Of a stretch of 64,000 bases of DNA, positions 35,585 through 51,657 are shown piece by piece. Position 1 is the stretch's first letter, and each line of letters opens with the position of its first letter. Location: NCBI RefSeq assembly GCF_009914755.1, contig NC_060931.1. One strand, 5' to 3'. The position numbers and the translations under genes were made by a program. Below the pieces are notes generated by a model. The model was not told the origin of the DNA. It saw nothing but the letters and a program-made list of their open reading frames with translations, and did no database searches. The stretch is from the human T2T-CHM13v2.0 reference genome, Homo sapiens.

Positions 35585-36919
35585 CCAATCCTGGAATGAG
35601 GATAGATAAATAACATACTTTCATCATGTAGGCAGAAGGTTCCTTAATGGCATTAGTGGCAGAAAGAAAAGTACCTGGCACTTTGTTTATGGTAGGTGCC
35701 TAAGAACCGAATGCTCTGTTAGTTGGAAAAGTCTTTGAAGAAAGACATAGTGCTGTGTCCTCCTTTGGAATAGGAGGAAACAAAGTACCTCTGTCCCGCC
35801 AGAGAAGAATAACATAGGAAATGCAAAGAGCCATCGTGGCTTCTGAGAATCATTTTCCAAAGATGCCAAACAAATTCAATTCTAAAACTATAGCCTACTT
35901 TTTCTGTAGGGAAAGAGGCTTTTGTGCTTATCTAAATCTAGACAGAGTTGATCTCAACCAGAATGCTGTAGGACAAAGGACATCTTATAGCCACACATGT
36001 TCAGGATGAAATGGACCATGGTTGGAATTAAGGAGAACCTCTCTCTCTAGCTAGACTCCTACTTCTATTTTTTTACCTTTTTCTATTCCTCATCAGAGTC
36101 CTAAGGCACCCTGAGCAAAGGGTAGGATATCTGGCTTATGTGGCATTCATGTGAAGTGTGATTGCTCTTATTCACTATGGAACTGCTAAAAATAACTTCC
36201 CATGTGGGTTCAGTAGGAAACTTTATTATCCATTCTAATCGACTTGACCTGTCTGGGAGAGAACAGACTGCTTTATAATTCTGGCTCCTCCCCAGCATCA
36301 CCTTTTCAGATGGATGAATTTATAGGTAAGTCCAAGGACCCTCTGGCTCTCGGCCAAGTAGAACCGTTCAGCCATACAATAAAGTTGAACCACACCCGCT
36401 ACTATTGATTACTGGAAGCTGCCTCTTTTCAGTAGCATTGGGTTGTGTGAATCATTTGGTGTGATTTCATGTTGTTGGCTACATTTGTGATCTGGGAAAA
36501 TTCTGGTTCGCATCCTAAAAGCCAGTATTTCCCCCAAAGCAGGCCATCCTCAGTCTGTGACTGCCAGTACTTGCTGAACTCAGGCCTTGAGAGTTGGAAG
36601 TTATCTCTTTCTGAATGCAGCATTTCTGTATCAAATCAGACCCTTGAGTTGTGCCGTATCCCAGCAGTTTTAGGCAAAGGCCAATCATTTCATCTGCCCT
36701 TGGGAATCCAAAGAATGAATCTCATATGGGATATGATCCAAGTAACTTTGATAATCCTCTTATCTTCTAACATTTTTGCCCACAGTGCTATAGTATTTAC
36801 TTTGGGATTGGAACCAGATTTTTCCCTCTTAATCAGCAATTTTGATATCTGGCTAGACTTTTAGAGGTTCTCTTTTTCATCATTCTTTCGGATTCTGTCC
36901 TGTTGCCAGAGTTTGTTGC

Positions 36920-37415
36920 TTCTTTTTGTTTTTGTTTTTGTTTTTTGAGACAGAGTCTTGCTCTGTCACCCAGGCTGGAGTGCAGTGGCACAATCTCAAC
37001 TCATTGCAACTTCTGCTTCCTGGAAGTTCCAATGATTCTCGTGCCTCAGCCTCCCGAGTAGCTGGGATTATAGACGTGCCACACCACGCCCAGATAATTT
37101 TTGTGTTTTTAATGGAGATGGGCCATGACTGGTCTTGAACTCTGGCCTCAGGTGATCCACCCACCTCAGCCTCCCAAAGTACTGGGAATACAGGCGTAAG
37201 CCACTGTGCCGGGCCTATGTTTGTCACTTCTGGGCAGACAAGCTTATGGTATCTGCCAGTAGGTCACATTTTTTTTTAATCTTTTTTCTTTTTTTAATAG
37301 AAATGAGGCCTCTCCATATTGCTCTGGCTGGTCTCAAACTCTCGGGCTCGAGCGATCCTCCCACTTTTGCCTCCCAAAGTGCTGGGATTATAGGCATGAG
37401 CCACCACACCCTGTC
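36920..37415 (-). mobile_element. Antisense Alu (36920-37215) plus antisense monomer/FLAM (37268-37415)
   Basis: Alu consensus matches. Confidence 0.9.
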
Positions 37416-37784
37416 CAGGCCAAGTTTTTTTAATCAGAAAGAGTTTATTATCAGGAAGAACCAGATGATAGCAGAACAAGGTGCTGTTTGTTGACATAGA
37501 ACTAACTTGGAAACAGATACTACTTAGGGGAAAACATGTATCCCATATTTCAGAGTATGGTTTAAATCAAAATTGGAATAGCAGATGACTCTTCTGAGAG
37601 CAATTTGGATATCATTCAGTTCTGAAGTAGAAAGAGTTTGTGGGATGGAACTAGCAGGGATAGAGGACCACTGCATGTGGAGCCTGATGAAGTCCATAAC
37701 CATTGGGAAGTGGCGCGGGCGGGTGAGGTTATGAAGCAGTATCCTAGGGGATGGTGTTTTTCAAGTTAGAGATAATGACCCATA

Positions 37785-38448
<664 letters not shown>

Positions 38449-38702
38449 CTAGCACCTGCGCACCCTGAAGACTTCTTTCTGGACATCTACCCCACACTAC
38501 CCCGACACTAAAGGAACTACCCAAGCACTCACATTACTTTATTTCTATGTTCTCTGTCTTTTTCAATAGAGTCTTTGGTCTCTTAGGATGGAGTTTCATG
38601 GTTCGGTTCAATATAAAGATTTTCACAGATGCCTTTTCATTTAGATGTAGGTAGAATTGCCTAAGGCTGGTGAAGGCTACCAGATTAATTCCTTCCTTTA
38701 CT

Positions 38703-39010
38703 TGTTTGTTTGTTTGTTTGTTTGTTTGTTTGTTTGTTTGTTTTGAGACAGGGTCTCACTCTGTCACCTAGACTGGTTCACTGCAGCCTTGACCTCAGGC
38801 TAAAGCTATCCTCCCACCTCAGCCTACTGAGACGCTGGGACCACAGGTGCGCACTGCCACACCGCGCTAATTTTTTAAATTATATTTTTTGTAGAGATGG
38901 GATCTCCCTTTGTTGCCCAGGCTGGTCTCAAACTCCTGGGCTCAAAATGATCCTCCCGCCTTAGTCTCCCAAAGTGTTAGGATTATAGGCATGAGCCACT
39001 ACACCCGGCC
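38703..39010 (-). mobile_element. Alu (J-type) with (TTTG)n tail microsatellite
   Basis: ~10 TTTG units then antisense AluJ. Confidence 0.92.
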
Positions 39011-39461
39011 CTTTACTTCATTTTTTGAACATAGTTATCTCAATACTCTTTTCATCTTATACACCTTAATGTAAGAAGTCATACAGTTCAGCCCATTTGT
39101 TTTTCTTCACTCTGCCTTCCTCTCTGCTGGTCCCCAGAACCCCCTGTGTTCCAGGACTCCTGACCTCCAGGACTGACAGATACAGGCATTCACTCAGACT
39201 TGAGGAGCTCTTTGCTGAGTGCCTCTCACCTCTCACCCAGACCTTAACACCCATTGTTGGCAAGCCTCAGAAAACCAGGCCTATAGACCTTTCTCTTCCT
39301 TCCTATTGCAGCAAACGTAATGAAAGAGAAGGATTATATTGGCACTTGGCCACCTCAGAAACACTCTTCTGTCTGAGATCTTATTGCAGATTTATACAGC
39401 TATCTTTCATTCCTGAAAAGTAGATGGGGGAAAACAAAATAGATTAACAAGTTCGTAAGTA

Positions 39462-39551
39462 TTGGTTGGTGCAAAAGTAATTGTGGGTTTTTTTGCCATT
39501 AGAAGGAATGGCATATTTGAAGTTGGTGCAATTACTTTCACACCAACCTAA
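39462..39551. mobile_element. MADE1 (Hsmar1-derived MITE)
   Basis: ttggttggtgcaaaagtaattg...caattactttcacaccaacctaa palindrome flanked by TA. Confidence 0.88.
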
Positions 39552-39694
39552 TAAGCCTCTTAGCAGAGCTGCTAAGAAAGCATCAGCATTTTTTAATATA
39601 GCTGACACTTTTCCTAATGATGCTACAAGAAAAAAGAGAGGATGTAGCATTTGCTGGTTTGGAGTGGGGTTTTTTTGGGTTTTGTCCTTTGGGG

Positions 39695-40216
<522 letters not shown>

Positions 40217-40290
40217 TCAAAATTCCAAAGAGTGTTTTGGGAATATGAACTTTATACTGATTTTAAAGTTCATTTGAAAGAATAAAACCT

Positions 40291-40614
<324 letters not shown>

Positions 40615-40793
40615 TTATGCTAACAAGCCTTTAAACAGAACCACTAATAAACTGTAAAATTGACTCAAGTTTTCTCCTCTGCTTCTACCCCAGCTTTCCC
40701 CAGGTTCAGGGTTATAGGGAGTTTTCATCACAGAGATGGACCAGGTGAGGGAAGCAAGTGTTCTTGCACTTTGAAATTTCACTTTCTCCTTTA

Positions 40794-41147
<354 letters not shown>

Positions 41148-42354
41148 TTAGCAAGGCATACCCCACTTGTGGAGCTCTCTGACCTAGGACATCAACATAC
41201 TTCTCAGCTGTTGACCTTGCATTCTGTCTCTCAATCCTGTTGTATCATTATTTTATTCATTTAACAAAATTTACATAATCTTACTATGTATAAGCATTCT
41301 AAGTGTTTTACATGCATTATATTTAAAACGCATGATAACTTTATGAGTAAACACTGTTAAACTGATTTAACACATAGGGAAGCTGAGACACAGAAAGTTT
41401 CAGTAACTTAACCAAGTTCACATAGAGAGTGGCAGACAATTCAGGCAATTTGTTTCCAAACCACTGTACTACACTGTCTCCCTTTGATGTGAGCTCTGGG
41501 TTCCTGCCTAGACTCCACAAATACAGGGTGATAACCATTGTTGAACAAATAAATTTGGAAATGTCAAACCTTTCCCCACCCCTGCCAGAGGCTGCTTGCC
41601 TTAGTCTAGTTTAGCCACAGCACCCATCTGCCCAGCTGTTCCGAGGGCTGTAGGGGTACCCTGGAGGTTCATGCTGCTGAGTGCCCCGGGCTCAGCAGCC
41701 CTCCCTCTGCACACACACAGGCTTGCCTTTGCTGGCCAGAGGAGCCGACAGGTCTGTATGCTTCTCCGGTTGCAGAACTCATCATTGGCTGGCTGTCAGC
41801 CTTAAACATTTTCAGTGAGCAGAGTACTTTGCAATTAGTGAATGTGTCTTCTTGACTGGAGTTGGGTGGTGGGCTACGGGTGCTATTTAGAGCCAGGGAA
41901 ACTAAGGGGAAGTAGATGATGTTCAGAAGGAAGGAACCCCAGCAGACGAGTTGTTTCATCAGCTCCTAGAAGCCTCTGCTCAAGCCTTCCTGCTGCCCTT
42001 CAGTTTAGGCCAGGACTCTTTCAGCCTTCCCACCTGTCTCTAACAAAGTTGAGACCAAGGTGGTAGGGCTGTGGATCCTGGGGAAAGGGTCAGGGGCGTG
42101 TTCATTTTTGCCTGGAGCGAGTTTATTGGCTTATTTGTTTCCCCAGCTCCTCACCGGGTCTTCCACTTGGCTCTGCCTACAGCCCTTGCTTGGGGTCCCC
42201 CAGAGATTTTGAAGAGCACATCTGTCTCCGCTGGTCAGCACTGAAGACTCAGAAACCACCTATGCTGCCCTGGTTAAGACTAGGGTCTCAACCCTCCCTC
42301 CTCATGTTCTGAATGAAGAGAAATGGACTGGAGGGCTGTTTAAAAATTAAAGCT

Positions 42355-42792
<438 letters not shown>

Positions 42793-42832
42793 TTAAGACT
42801 TCAACGTCATATTTTCTGAAACTATAAGACCA

Positions 42833-43145
<313 letters not shown>

Positions 43146-43357
43146 ATTATAAGACCCCACCCTGCCTTACTGTGCTGTAAAACAAACGTACATTTTACTA
43201 TGCATTCCAACTGCCAAATTAAATTAATATAGACATTTCTTTAGGGAAAAACATTCTATCTTTTTACACTAGACAATCTTCACCTTTTCACATCCCTGTT
43301 TTCTTTGACCTTATTAAAAACTTTTTAAAATATGTATGTTTTCTCAGCAGAATTTAA

Positions 43358-43887
<530 letters not shown>

Positions 43888-46225
43888 TGAGGATCATTTA
43901 ACTTTGTAGATACCTGGTATAGCACTGAGAGTAAAAGGAGGAGCAATGGAGAGGGGAGGTCCCGCAGAGCTGGAGACCCTAAAAGCTGAACCTCTAACAA
44001 GCTCTGTAATCTTAGGCAAGCAAATTAACCTCTCTAAGCCTTAACTGTAAAAATTAGGATAATGATAGTTCTGTACTCAGAAGGAAGTTGTGAGCATTAA
44101 ACAAGATGATTCCTGTCAAGTTCTTAGCATAGTGCCTGGCACAGGGATGCATCATAAATATAAAATTCTTTAGCTGTCAGCATCAATTTCTTCTCCATCA
44201 TTCCTCACATATGTTGGAGTGCACAGTACTATGTAGACGCTGCTTTCCTGTCTTTAAGACGGATCCGAATGCTTGCCTTTCGCAGATGAAGATGTATGTT
44301 GCAGAGGTGGATGCTGTAAAAATGGGACTAGATTAGAAGCCCTTTCTGTAACCTTGACTGAAGAAAATACAAGGTGACATTGTTTAAAGGCTCTATCACT
44401 TGCCTTTGTCTAGGGCTGCTGTTCTCTTCTGCACATAGTTTGCGGTCATGAGTGTGGCCTTTTTACTCCTAAAATGGCACAATGTGTCTTCAAATCTCAA
44501 CAGATGCATTGTATTTCAACTCTATCATGAAAGGTAGCTTTTGCCATTTTTTCCTTTTTGTCACCACCATCATCCATTTTTACTTACTGCATGTCCCACT
44601 GTTCCAACTCTTTAAAAATGAGAGGGATGATGCCAATCCTCCACATGTTAGACTGTAAAACACATCTCCTTCCACCTTTTTCTGTGTTCCTTGTTCCTGG
44701 ACACATCAGTATATGGGCTTGTTCTCACAAGAGTCCACTGAGATGTAAATGTTAATTTAGGAACTGTATTATTGTTTCTCCCCAAAAAGGTTGCTGATGT
44801 GCTATTCCAGTGTGTACTAAATCACTTTTTGCCTCATTATTTTAAAGTTTAAATAAATGAATGTATTAAATAGTCTTAGTGTAAGAGTGCGTTTTCAGTC
44901 ACCATAAGCATAATAGCCTTAAAAGTGCTGTTGTGTTCTATGACACTGTGATACTATTTGTAGCTTTTATCCAAAGATGGTAAGCTCAGTGCCTCAGGAC
45001 TTGAAGCAGGCAGCCCCTAAGCAACTGTTTTTTGTGTGAGCTGTGAGTCCCAGGATACAAGCCTCTCATCTTCAAGGTCCCCAAAGAGCAGCACAGCTGG
45101 TAGCTGTGGATTTTTAGGCTGCCCTCCTGTAAGGTAAATGGTCTTTTCCACCCACTCCCTTGTTGATAGAGTGCCTTGAGAGAAAATGAAGACACTAGAG
45201 TGCTGGTCTCAGACTGCGCTGAGGCATCGCCTGTTCTGTAAGAAAAAGCAAATGAAGATTCATGTGTATTACAACTGTTTCTCCTTTGGAATCACAGGCC
45301 TTTTTTAAATAGAGGGGGAGGAGGGGATAGTCCTAGACCTGAAAAGATTCCTTCTTGTAATATAAGGAGAGCTGTGAGCTGTGGATCAAAATGAAGAGGA
45401 GTGAGGGGAGTATGCAGCGTTGCCTGTGGCTCCAGCTGAGCTGGGAGCTGGCGGCTTTTCCTGGGAACTGTATGTGGTGCAGCACCTTGGGACAGCAGTG
45501 TCTCTTAGTGTCTTCCACACGCCCCCCTGGGAAATAGGCTTTCTTTGCAGACAGGGACTTTCCCATTTAAGTCAGCTAACTTTTCTCTAAGATGAATCGT
45601 TTTCATTCTGGGAAGCATGTTGGTAGATGTCATACCAGGAAAATAACCATTTCAGTCGGCTGTAATTTTGCCTTTTGGCTATACACATTGAGCATAATTA
45701 TTTAGGGTCTTCATCTTTTTCCTTTCATTGTCCATTCTTTCATTTTGTTTTTTTACTACTGCTACAACCACCACCACTGCCACCATCATCTTCTTGCAAA
45801 TGGCTAAGCAGTGTCTGCATTATTCTACCTTCACCCAGTAAACTGAGTAGAATAGATCTTCTGAGCCCTGTTCAGAAGCAGCTAAAACCGGGACTTGCCT
45901 AGGATCTGTCAGCTCTTAAATAGTAAGACTGGAAATCATACCAGATCTCCAGTACTCTTTCTACTGCCCAATGAAACTCCCTTCTTCCCCTTCACTCCCT
46001 CTTGCCAGCTTAGCCTACCTAGGAAGTAAAGAAGGCATAATACAAATGAAAATCATGGCCTTTATTATTCATCTGGTTATGCTAGTACTTGGTGTGGTGA
46101 CTCCTTTGCAGGATTATTTTAAAGAATGGTGGCAGCTATGTTTTACTCACTTTAGAAGTCAAAGACTCACGGTAAATCTTAGCAGAGGCAAATAAAAACA
46201 TGATACCAAAACCTAACATCTAAAT

Positions 46226-46503
46226 CTGTACTGTCCAGTATGATAGCTGTTAGCTACATGTGGCTATTTGAATTTAAATGCAAGTTGATTAAAATGAAAT
46301 AAAATGTAAAAGGTAGTTATTAGTCACAATCATATTTCAAGTGCTGAATAGCCACATACGCCCTGAGATACTGAATTTTTAATTTAATTATAATTTATTC
46401 ACATTTAAATGTAAACAGGCACATGTACCTAGTAGCCACTTTAATGGACTGTGTAGATACAGAACATGTCTATCACTGAAGACAGTTCTATTGGGTGGTG
46501 CTG
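46226..46503. mobile_element. MER3/MER33-type hAT-Charlie fossil
   Basis: ctgtccagtatgatagc...tagctacatgtggctatt...atttcaagtgct...agttctattgg. Confidence 0.7.
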
Positions 46504-49500
46504 ATCTAAGGGCTATATCAATAACACTGTGGTCTCCTGGCAAGTTGTACCCTCTCTGTACAGGGGAGGACAACACAAATACTTCATGAGCTTTGTCTTC
46601 CAGTGACCTTCTCAGCTCATAAACAGCATGGCTTTGCTTTTAAAAAAAAAAAAAAATCTACCCATGTGACTGCAGTAATCCGCAGCCAGTAAACAGCAGG
46701 GTGGGAGGGTTGCGAGGAGAACTGATCTATTTTTATGCACTGCAGAGTCCAAGCAGGAAAACCTGAGACCGGAGACAGTGGTGACATCAAGACTCACTTC
46801 CTAGTGAGTTTATTCATGACTCAGGCCATGTGCATATTTCCACTTGGATTCCTCACAAGTGCAAGTTTCTCTTCTAGGCTACAGGTATCTGCAGCCAGGT
46901 GCTGTAATGGATTTATAGTAGCCCGCCAAAAGATCAAATATCTGAAGCCTGACGGGTCACAAAGCTGACAGGAGCCATGACTATTGCATGAATTCCAGAT
47001 TTCACAGTGAAACAGAGCTGCTGCTGAAAAATGGGAGCACAGAGCTGTTCACTGGGGCTCTTGATTCTAGACACTCAAAGAGGGGTACAGTTCTCTGCCC
47101 CATGTGTGTTTCTCACCCAACCTTTTCATGGTGTTGAGGAGGGGAAGGGACAGCTCAGTGGTGATTCTTCACTTCTCAAACGTGTCCTCCTCCTCTGTCT
47201 TCATAATGACCTCCTGAAGTCCAAAGTGCCTTCCAAAATAGCTCTTGGAAAGAGGTGGCAGTTTCCTGACTCCCCAATCTCCCCCATCCTGGGAGATGTG
47301 TTGATGGCACTAATTTGCGGGGTAGCAGAGACTATAGTCCTACTCTCTTTACTGGCTGGGGCATCGGAGGCATGCAGTAACTGTTGACTACCACTGCTAC
47401 AACTGCTGTTATGATTATTACCATTATAATGATTAATCACTCACACCGAATGGGAAGGGAAGTAACCTTCAGAGGTTCACTCTTAGTACTTCTGGCACAT
47501 ACGCTTAGGGCCAGGGCCAGTGAGTCTTCATTCGCAGAGAGGTGGTAGTGAATCTCCCACAAGGATCCCTACTTCGGGAAGCCTGTGTTCCTGGTGGAAG
47601 TCCCATCATATCCCTCAGGCATACTGAGATTCTCTTCTCTAGAATTACCAGGCCTTTTCTGTCACTCCTCAGGCATACCTCCCGTAGCTGGAGGGATTTC
47701 CAGTTGCCAGGGTTCTTTGGTGCTTTTCTTTGCCTCCTGCAGAGATGCTGAGCTGTGGACACCTTCAGAAAGACCAGCACTGCCTCATGAGAGTATCTCC
47801 TGTCCCTCTTTGCGGGTTTAGGTTCCTTGTGTAGTCTGCACATCCAGAGGGGATGTGTCATTCTCTCTCTACCATTATAACCTGGGGTGGCCTCGGGCAT
47901 TCATCGTTTATATGCCAGGAATTGCTAACCTAAGCTCTGCTATTTGAAGGCTTAAAGACTGCAGATCAAAAGTAGACACAGAGGGCCTTTACAATGAGAT
48001 GATAGGCCAGTAGCTGTCATTCTTTATTCTTAGTGCTCATCTAAGCCATGACCATGTCCTTCAGATGTAGCTTTTAGATACTTTTCATGTGAAAGACTGG
48101 ATACCTCTAGTCGACATGTCAGGGCCCCAAAGGAATCAAGTCCCTTTGGCATACCTTCATGTCCTCTTTTTTTTGTTTTTCTGTACTTCAATAGATGCAA
48201 ATTCATTTACTCTTTGGTCTGCCTGTGTTGGGTATTCTCAGCTTGGGGAAACTCAATGAGCCAGCACACCATCCTATGAACAGAACACCAATCTGAGCCA
48301 GGGACATTCCGAGCAGACAACTCAGGTCAGGGCTTCCGGACAGATTCCCAAGGTCCCTGCCATCTGGCAGATGGACACCACTGACTGTGGTCTCCTCTCC
48401 ATCCACGGTGTCCTGAAGGCCAAGTTACATGCTTCTTTGTCTCATTCTCCTTCCCTTTAGGTCCGCAGATCTTTCGGAGTCTTTGTATGTAAAGGCAGAT
48501 TTTGGTCTTAGATTATTCCAGCTCCTTATAAACCAAGACTGAATCTTGTGCCTGTCATTGTGAGCGCTATTCTGTAAAGGGATTTTTTTTTCTGGCATAC
48601 CAAATCCAGAGCCATAATTGGACAAGTTTAATTGGAGTCATTTCTATTCAATACATGGATGGCAAAGTGGGTTTTAATTGAGCATGTAAAAAGGGCATTA
48701 ATCACTGTTCACACAGGAATCACAATATTAGAACAGGAAAAATTCTTATAAAGTTTTTCAGGTTCTTGGGTAAAGGGGACTTTCCTCTTTTTATTTATGC
48801 TTCCATTAGGATTTTGAAGGAATGCCAGTGCACTGTTATTAACTCTAATAGCTTGTCCCTCGCAGCCAGGATGGTTTGGGGCCCTCTGGCTCTCAGGTTA
48901 CCTGTGTAAATACAGGGATTCACTTGCCAGCACCCAGCTCTGACATTTGCTTAATAAAGAGCAAATGTGCAGAACCCAACAGCAGCAGCAGCCTGGCAGA
49001 AGCAGTAATCTGAACAGGATAAACATGCTTCCTCTTTGTGCGATGCTCTTTCTCCATCCTTCTGCCAAGAGCAGGATATCAAATGAAGGGGAGGTTGTGG
49101 TTGGAGTCAGTGAAGTGAATGTCTAAGTGGCACCTGCTTCATTCAACAGATCTGCTTTCCTGGGGCCTCCCAGTGCACATCTGCTCCTGACAAAGCCTCT
49201 TTTCTCCTCCTGTTGGTCAGACTGAGAGCAAAGGCCTGGCAAGGAGACATACTGGTTTTGCTTTGTCAGCACAATTGCCTGTGACATTATAATTACACCA
49301 AATCTTCATTATTAGAAAGGCCCCAATTTAGAGATTTTCAGAGCCTAAATGGGATTTTCTAAGTGAAATTGATTAAAAAAAAAAAAAAAAAAAAAAAACT
49401 TTGCCATCATAAAGCCTAGCAATTGCATCTGAGAATCATTGAAGGGGTCTAAATATGGAAACCGAGACACTGCTGTGAGTGAGACTACAAAGACCATGCT

Positions 49501-49897
49501 ATCAGATTGGCTCGCTAGAGAGGCGTCCAGCAGTCTTCCGACTCTGCCCAGCCCATCCTCTCCTTATTCCCGTAGCACTGTAACATGCAGATACCTACAC
49601 TGCATTGCTCTCACATGCTGATAGTTTCTCATGCAGAGGCCTGGTGGGGGAGGGGCTGGAGGGTGTTAAAATAAGTTGATGAGGTATGGCAGTAAAGGAA
49701 AGAACCTGTGACTTAAATAAGGGAAATACCAGAAATCTATATTTTAGGTGAATACAAAGCATCCAATTTAGATTGAGTTTCCATTTAAACAAAGGCAACT
49801 CTTAAGAGTGTTGCACAGTGTGAGTGTATGTGTCTGTCTGTCGGAGGCACGTTTATGATATGGAGTTGGCACACTGGAAGCTCTGGAAAGGTTTTAG

Positions 49898-50060
49898 AGC
49901 TGTGCTCTGGCTATTTAAACTTAATTAAAACAGAATAAAATTTAAAAATCAGTTCCTCAGTCACGCTGGCCACATTTCAAGCACTCTGTAGCCACTGTGT
50001 CGGACAGCACTCAAACAGAACGTGCCCATCATCACAGGAAGCTCCAGTGGACCACACTGT
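49898..50060. mobile_element. MER3-type fossil
   Basis: tcagttcctcagtcacgctggccacatttcaagcactc. Confidence 0.7.
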
Positions 50061-51270
50061 TTGAGGTTGGTCTGAACCTCTTGAAATGCCTCGGCTGCTT
50101 AAGGAAGCCTGGGAGTTTCTATTGCAGGCTTGTTGGAAGGAAAAAATGAAATTTGCCTCAATGTTTCTGGAACAACTCCTTCCAGCCATGTTACCTAGAC
50201 TGTGTTCTTTTTCACCTTTTTGTATTTTTTTCTCCAAGGATTTCATGTCCTTTTCCTACTCCTACCCCTTGTTTAAAAAAAAAAAAAACCTGAATTATAA
50301 CAATGAAAAGGAAATTTAATTTTAGGAATGTCCACTTTCAGCTGACCTTCTCCTTGGCCTTCTCCTAATTAAACTTTCACAGCCCTGCTGTTGGACCAGA
50401 CAGTCCTTTTCTCATTAAATGGAGCACCTTAGTAAAACAAGAGGGCATGTGAACACTCGGGCCAAGAGTGTGTAAACAAGTTGTGCATTGTGTGGACAAT
50501 GCTGCTGGGTGTGGAACGCTGGGCTGCCAACACTTTCCATTTTCAGCAACTCTTGGGACCAAGGACAGGGCCTTTAATCTTGCTTCTTCCATTTGTCTGT
50601 GTCTAGTAGCTACTACACAGTTGCTTTGACTCCTGGAGAAAGCCCACGTAAAATAACAATACTACTTCAAATTTAGACAGTGTCTTTTTTTCTCAAGAAC
50701 TTAAATCATGTAAGCATGATGTTATTTATCCTCATAGTGGTCCTAAGATACAGAAGTGGCCTGTTGGTTTTACAAATGTGAATATAGTCAACTCTTACTT
50801 GTTACCTACAGATTATCTGTCACGCAGATTACTCGTGACACATTTTAAATCCTTGGGCAATTTCTCTGAGCGAGCCAGTGTAAGCCTGGACCATCTCCTC
50901 TGCCCCCCGACCCAGCTGCTGGGTACTTAGGGAATACAAATTAGTTTTCATATTAGCTTAAAGAAGACATAATTAGGAAGGTAAGTCTGCTACAAGAAAA
51001 TCACATCACAAATTCCAACGGCGAGGGGGAAATATGAGGGAAATGACCTCCTCTCCCTTCAACTGAACTAAGATCTGGTGGTCTAAGTGCACATTAGCAC
51101 TTGGTGCTGGCATGCTTGCCGAAGGCTTTCCTCACGGGTGGAAGGAGCGAGGCTGTGCACCCTGCACCAGATGTGCATGGGAGGCTGCAAGCGCCGCAGC
51201 GGGGCTGGTGGCCCATCTTGCCCGGTGCTTTTTTTTTTTTTTTTTTTTAACAGTTCTGTGTTATTGTCAG

Positions 51271-51327
51271 GCCTCTTTATGGCAGATCGTGCAGGTCGCA
51301 AGTGGATCCTGACTGACAAAGCCACAG
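51271..51327 (+). CDS. NRF1: NRF1 alternative cassette exon, 57 nt, adds 19 aa (G)LFMADRAGRKWILTDKAT(G)
   Basis: Acceptor after T-tract ...ttattgtcag|GC, donor ACAG|gtgggt; phase 1/1 matches flanking exons, no stop; 503+19=522 aa agrees with my recollection of a longer NRF1 isoform. Confidence 0.8.
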
Positions 51328-51542
51328 GTGGGTTCATCTTTGGGGAAAGAAGGAAGCAGCTGGAGGATAGAGTCACTGTGAGGCTGTCATTCCAGGCGCT
51401 GCTTCCTGCTTGGATGGTGGGATTCCTCTACTGTGCAGTCCCCCTCACTCGGTCACCTGATAGTTTTAGTAACCATTGATTCCATTGATTATCTGATTTT
51501 TCTAGTGTTAAATGTTTCCTTTTCATTTATTAGCTGGAATTC

Positions 51543-51657
51543 TTTTTTAAGAGACAGGGTCTTACTACATTACCCAGGCTGGAGTGCAGTGGCTATTCCC
51601 AGACTACAGGTTCGAACTGCTGGCCTCAAGTGATCCTCCCACCTCTAGTTGGGATTC
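51543..51657 (-). mobile_element. Short Alu/FLAM fragment
   Basis: gagacagggtct...cccaggctggagtgcagtggc...ggcctcaagtgatcctccc. Confidence 0.8.

Noticed and set aside
51087-51479. 130-aa ORF as a standalone gene
   Set aside because: Crosses a poly-T tract; only 51271-51327 has exon boundaries
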